From a virus (taxonomy: Duplodnaviria; Caudoviricetes), in IMG/VR virus record IMGVR_UViG_3300044983_000151, positions 1-27,106 of that record: a DNA stretch of 27,106 nt; one strand, 5' to 3'. The number at the start of each line of letters is the position of its first letter. The first letter of the stretch is position 1. This document shows, piece after piece, positions 23,860 through 27,106 of the stretch. Both the position numbers and the translations under genes were made by a program. The notes below the pieces were generated by a model. It saw only the letters and a list, made by a program, of their open reading frames with translations, searched no databases and was not told the origin of the DNA.

Positions 23860-25199
23860 AGACCCCCTGGCTCCTTCCTCTTAGACATAAAGAACGGCTT
23901 CTGCGGTCTCTCGACTAGCCCGAGCTGCTCTAGACGGCCAAAGTCCTTCTCTGCGTCGAGGCCGATGTCTGTCCTGTACCGTATGTCGGGCACATGGATC
24001 TTCTGTATCTTCTCATATAGCTTCCGTCGGCACTCCTCGATTGTCGGCGCGCTGGCGGTAAAGTCAAAGACAATGCCATCAGGACCAGTTGTCTCGGGCA
24101 GCCCGTGTTCGTCGAGCCTGACCTCCTCTGGATGAACCCCGCTGTCTCGATGCTCAGGATCGTACCCGATGATCGGGTAGTCGTTGGCGACGTCCTTCTG
24201 TATAGACGGATATGGCGGTATATGCGCGCGCAGACCAAGAGCGAACTGATCGAGCAGAATAGGACCATCATAGACCCGCCCGTTCGCCATGCTGGCGAGC
24301 AGACCGCCAAAGTCCTGGACCAGCTCGGTCAGCGCGAAGATCGCGCTGTAGCCTAGTCTAGCTGTGAACTCCAAGAACAGTCTCTCATGCGTATCTGCGT
24401 CAATCACACTATTCACGCAGACTGGTCCCCTGTACTTATCCCGCAAGACCTCCGTCAGGGGCTCTAGAAATGTCTTGAACAAAGGGGCATCCAGCCCTCG
24501 GTAGAGCCAAACCAGATTCCCAGCGCAGCCCGTTAGCTCGCCCAGGTCATGATCCATCAGACGCTGCTTCTCCAGCGTCCCATTCGGCAAACACCACTCC
24601 GTCCCCGTGAACCACCCCTCCGTCTCAACCACCACGCCATCATGCCGACGCTCGATCACAAAGGCCGGCGGGATCTTCTCTGTCTCGAATCGCTTCTCAG
24701 CGTAGTCGAGCATACGGACCATTTCCTCTACGGAGTAGGTAATGAAGGTCCGTAGCATCTCCGTGTCTGGCTTCAAGACCCAGCCCGATTCATCCTGCTT
24801 CTCCATGAATTGACGCGCCTTGTCAAACGCGCCAGTGCCGGAGAACCGTGTGTGCTCGGGGACGGCTATTCCAGCTTTCTCGACTAGCTTAATGGCGAAG
24901 TCCCGATCATGTTCCAACTTGTCCCCAAAGGCGGAGCAGCCCACGACGGGCTTTGTCTTCCTGAGCTGCTCCGCCTCAGTACTCATCTCTGGGGACGGGC
25001 TATTCCCTCCGTACACGACCACATCTGCCCACCTCACCGCCGCAGGGAAATCGCGTGTCTTGGAGATTAGCCCGTCCCCGACTCTCCTGTACTCCTTGGC
25101 TTTGTCATGTTGGCAGACGAGTACCTCATGGCCCTCCTCCTCCAGGCGCAGCCCGATTGGGAGACACATATCGCCGCCGACTCGTAGGAGGAATTTCAT
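23856..25199 (-). CDS. Divergent PurD-like (phosphoribosylamine-glycine ligase family) ATP-grasp ligase
   Basis: LEHDR.FA....AGI.VP, WVLKP, IERRHDG, EKQRLMDHDLGELTGCAG (cf. PurD DHKR..DGD.GPNTGGMG), LEFTARLG (cf. EFNxRFG), PPYP and YRTDIG. Confidence 0.82.
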   Translation of the reverse strand: MKFLLRVGGDMCLPIGLRLEEEGHEVLVCQHDKAKEYRRVGDGLISKTRDFPAAVRWADVVVYGGNSPSPEMSTEAEQLRKTKPVVGCSAFGDKLEHDRDFAIKLVEKAGIAVPEHTRFSGTGAFDKARQFMEKQDESGWVLKPDTEMLRTFITYSVEEMVRMLDYAEKRFETEKIPPAFVIERRHDGVVVETEGWFTGTEWCLPNGTLEKQRLMDHDLGELTGCAGNLVWLYRGLDAPLFKTFLEPLTEVLRDKYRGPVCVNSVIDADTHERLFLEFTARLGYSAIFALTELVQDFGGLLASMANGRVYDGPILLDQFALGLRAHIPPYPSIQKDVANDYPIIGYDPEHRDSGVHPEEVRLDEHGLPETTGPDGIVFDFTASAPTIEECRRKLYEKIQKIHVPDIRYRTDIGLDAEKDFGRLEQLGLVERPQKPFFMSKRKEPGGL

Positions 25200-27106
25200 T
25201 TCGTGAATATGTCCATAATGCTAGTGAAGCTATGTCTCTTCCGACCAGCGTTGACCTTTGCTAAGATCGACTTCGCGTCCGACTCATCGAAGATGAGCCC
25301 TTTCGACTTCGCCTCTCGCACGACATCTCGGGCTGCTTGTTTGTTTCCACCGACTAGTGCGTCCTCTAGCTTCTTTCTGTACGTATAGTATTGCGACTTA
25401 ACCCCCGGCTGGAGGCCCATAATACGAGTTGCCTGGTCGAGCCCAGATCGCTTCGCGACCGGCCTGCCCGAACCAGTAAAGACCCCGCCTTTCTTGATCT
25501 CTGACAGCGTCTCCCCCAACCCGACTACCTGTGGCCCGAACAACCCGCGCATGGCGGCCTTGACGGTCTGCGGCGTGAAGAGGCCCTCTCGCGCTCCTGT
25601 CTCGACTACATCGCCAATCCCACCGAAGGTCGGGCCAAGGGTGTATGAGGAGAGGGACTTGAGGGATAGATCGCGGGGCAAGTTGAAGGGCTCGACGCTG
25701 GTTGTGATGTCGACATTCAGATTGGGCAGCACCCCGCCCGAGAGGTCGCGCAGACCGTTCCAGGCGAACCCGACGAGCCCACGATCGGGTAGGTCAATAC
25801 CAGCCCACCGCATCATCTTCGACTTCGCCAGATCATACAGCGGCAGCGTCGTCGGCCCTCCGATAGCAACCAGCGTTCCGAGCATCTTCGCCGCGACCTT
25901 TGGGTCGTGCTCGGCGGCATCTTTCAGGAGGGTCATATACGCAATGGCGAATGTCCTGAACTGACCGACTAGCTTATTCCCTGCCCCGCCTACGAACGCG
26001 GTCGGTCTGCTCGTTGTAGTCATCGGGAACTGGGTAGCGTCGACCAACGCCCGTCCATATTGATGCGCCCGCCTAAACGGCGCCGCGCCGTCGCTGTGGA
26101 CGTACGTCTTCAGTATCTTGGAGGGCTTAAAGCGTGGGTCAAGGGCCTGTATGCGGCCGGCCTCATAGGCCACGACGCGGTTCCAGAACTCGGTCAGCTC
26201 CGCAACCTTCGTGAAGGGCGAGAGGTTCAAAGCCCTGTCGATAAACTTAGACCGCCTCTTCGTCATCAACGACTCAGCCTCACGAGCAAACCGCTCGCCG
26301 GGCGAAATGATACCGTTGACCTTCGCACGGACCCAGACATTCTCCGCACCTGGGTTCTTCCCGCCCCGCCCGAACAGCTTAAAGAACTCAGGCATGTCCC
26401 GAGCTGTCCTCGTGAGCGCCTGTGTGTAGACCCGTGCGCCGACCAGTGGATACACAGTCTGTAGTGTCTGAAGCGGGTTCACAATCGCCGCAAACCGCGG
26501 GGAGAGCATCAGCTTCGTCAGAGCTTGAATCTTCTGGATATTCGCAACGTCCTCTCGAATATCGTCTTCCGTTACCCCAAACTTTGAAAGAGCCGCGGCT
26601 ATGTCTCTGATAGGCTTATCCTGTTGTACCGCCTTCACACCACGGACTCCATTTGCCCACTTGACCATATACCGCTGCATATCGGGGTCGGAGACTTGCT
26701 TCAGTGTCGCGTGTACGTTGTTCAGGACGGTATCGTAGTAGTGCTTCGTCAGCGGCTTCTGAACAGCCCGTTGATGGACTTCGTCCATGGTTAGACCGTA
26801 CTGTGGCAGGTCTAGTTCGCGCGAAAACTCAATAGGACCAACCTTGTGCTTGTCGGCTAACTCTTTCTTATAGGACGGGTCTCCGCTTCGGCCCCGCTTC
26901 GACATCTCTTTCTCAACGGCGTCTAGTAGTGTGGCACGCCGACCGATGTCATTTAGGATATTCTGTAACTGCTGCGGACTCTGATGAGGCATCTTAGCTA
27001 GCTGCTGGAGGTCTAGCATCTCCTCCTGAAGCTCCCTCTTTGCCTCCGTCAGCCCGAGATCGTGGTAAAAGCTGTTCGAGTACGGTCCGACGCTATCCAG
27101 ATCGTG
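25196..27106 (-). CDS. Large virion / internal (ejection) protein, C-terminal part; open to the right edge
   Basis: The frame stays open for 29 codons upstream of 27019 to the window end. Helical, with a QF..F...Y motif and hydrophobic Gly-rich segments like podovirus ejection proteins; located in the late operon. Confidence 0.6.
   Translation of the reverse strand, partial: HDLDSVGPYSNSFYHDLGLTEAKRELQEEMLDLQQLAKMPHQSPQQLQNILNDIGRRATLLDAVEKEMSKRGRSGDPSYKKELADKHKVGPIEFSRELDLPQYGLTMDEVHQRAVQKPLTKHYYDTVLNNVHATLKQVSDPDMQRYMVKWANGVRGVKAVQQDKPIRDIAAALSKFGVTEDDIREDVANIQKIQALTKLMLSPRFAAIVNPLQTLQTVYPLVGARVYTQALTRTARDMPEFFKLFGRGGKNPGAENVWVRAKVNGIISPGERFAREAESLMTKRRSKFIDRALNLSPFTKVAELTEFWNRVVAYEAGRIQALDPRFKPSKILKTYVHSDGAAPFRRAHQYGRALVDATQFPMTTTSRPTAFVGGAGNKLVGQFRTFAIAYMTLLKDAAEHDPKVAAKMLGTLVAIGGPTTLPLYDLAKSKMMRWAGIDLPDRGLVGFAWNGLRDLSGGVLPNLNVDITTSVEPFNLPRDLSLKSLSSYTLGPTFGGIGDVVETGAREGLFTPQTVKAAMRGLFGPQVVGLGETLSEIKKGGVFTGSGRPVAKRSGLDQATRIMGLQPGVKSQYYTYRKKLEDALVGGNKQAARDVVREAKSKGLIFDESDAKSILAKVNAGRKRHSFTSIMDIFTK

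Noticed and set aside
18282-25199. Canonical dZ (2-aminoadenine) pathway
   Set aside because: The ligase is PurD-like ATP-grasp, not PurA-like PurZ, and no DatZ-like HD phosphohydrolase was seen.

Overview
A 27-kb piece of a tailed dsDNA phage genome, probably podovirus-like; the host cannot be determined. Both ends are minus-strand late genes cut by the window. The left end runs small terminase, large terminase, three small genes and portal. The right end runs from a large virion/ejection-type protein to a divergent PurD-like ATP-grasp ligase, a membrane protein and an HExxE protein. Between them are a structured non-coding region (4.2-4.74 kb), a short leftward early operon, a long pyrimidine-arm / AT-core / purine-arm quasi-palindrome that looks like a replication origin (6.4-6.64 kb), and a long rightward operon. 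That operon encodes two RHH-like regulators, a 2OG-Fe(II)-like protein, J-domain, vWA, FlbD-like and GroES proteins, a Cas4-like nuclease, Sak4-like ATPase, Zn-inserted SSB, ParB-methyltransferase fusion, MazG-like protein, UDG-PolA fusion, DUF3310 and a DUF3987-like NTPase. The most interesting signals are: (1) a PurD-like ligase that has lost PurD substrate motifs and is coupled to a virion gene; (2) a UDG-PolA with altered base-reading motifs, flanked by nucleotide-pool enzymes; (3) an EFDFxN(I/V)G C-terminal tail shared by unrelated small proteins; (4) the origin-like palindrome in a replication module with no recognisable primase; (5) several families of repeated intergenic elements. All family calls come from motif recognition by eye; no searches were run. 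No integrase, tRNA, CRISPR array or endolysin was seen.
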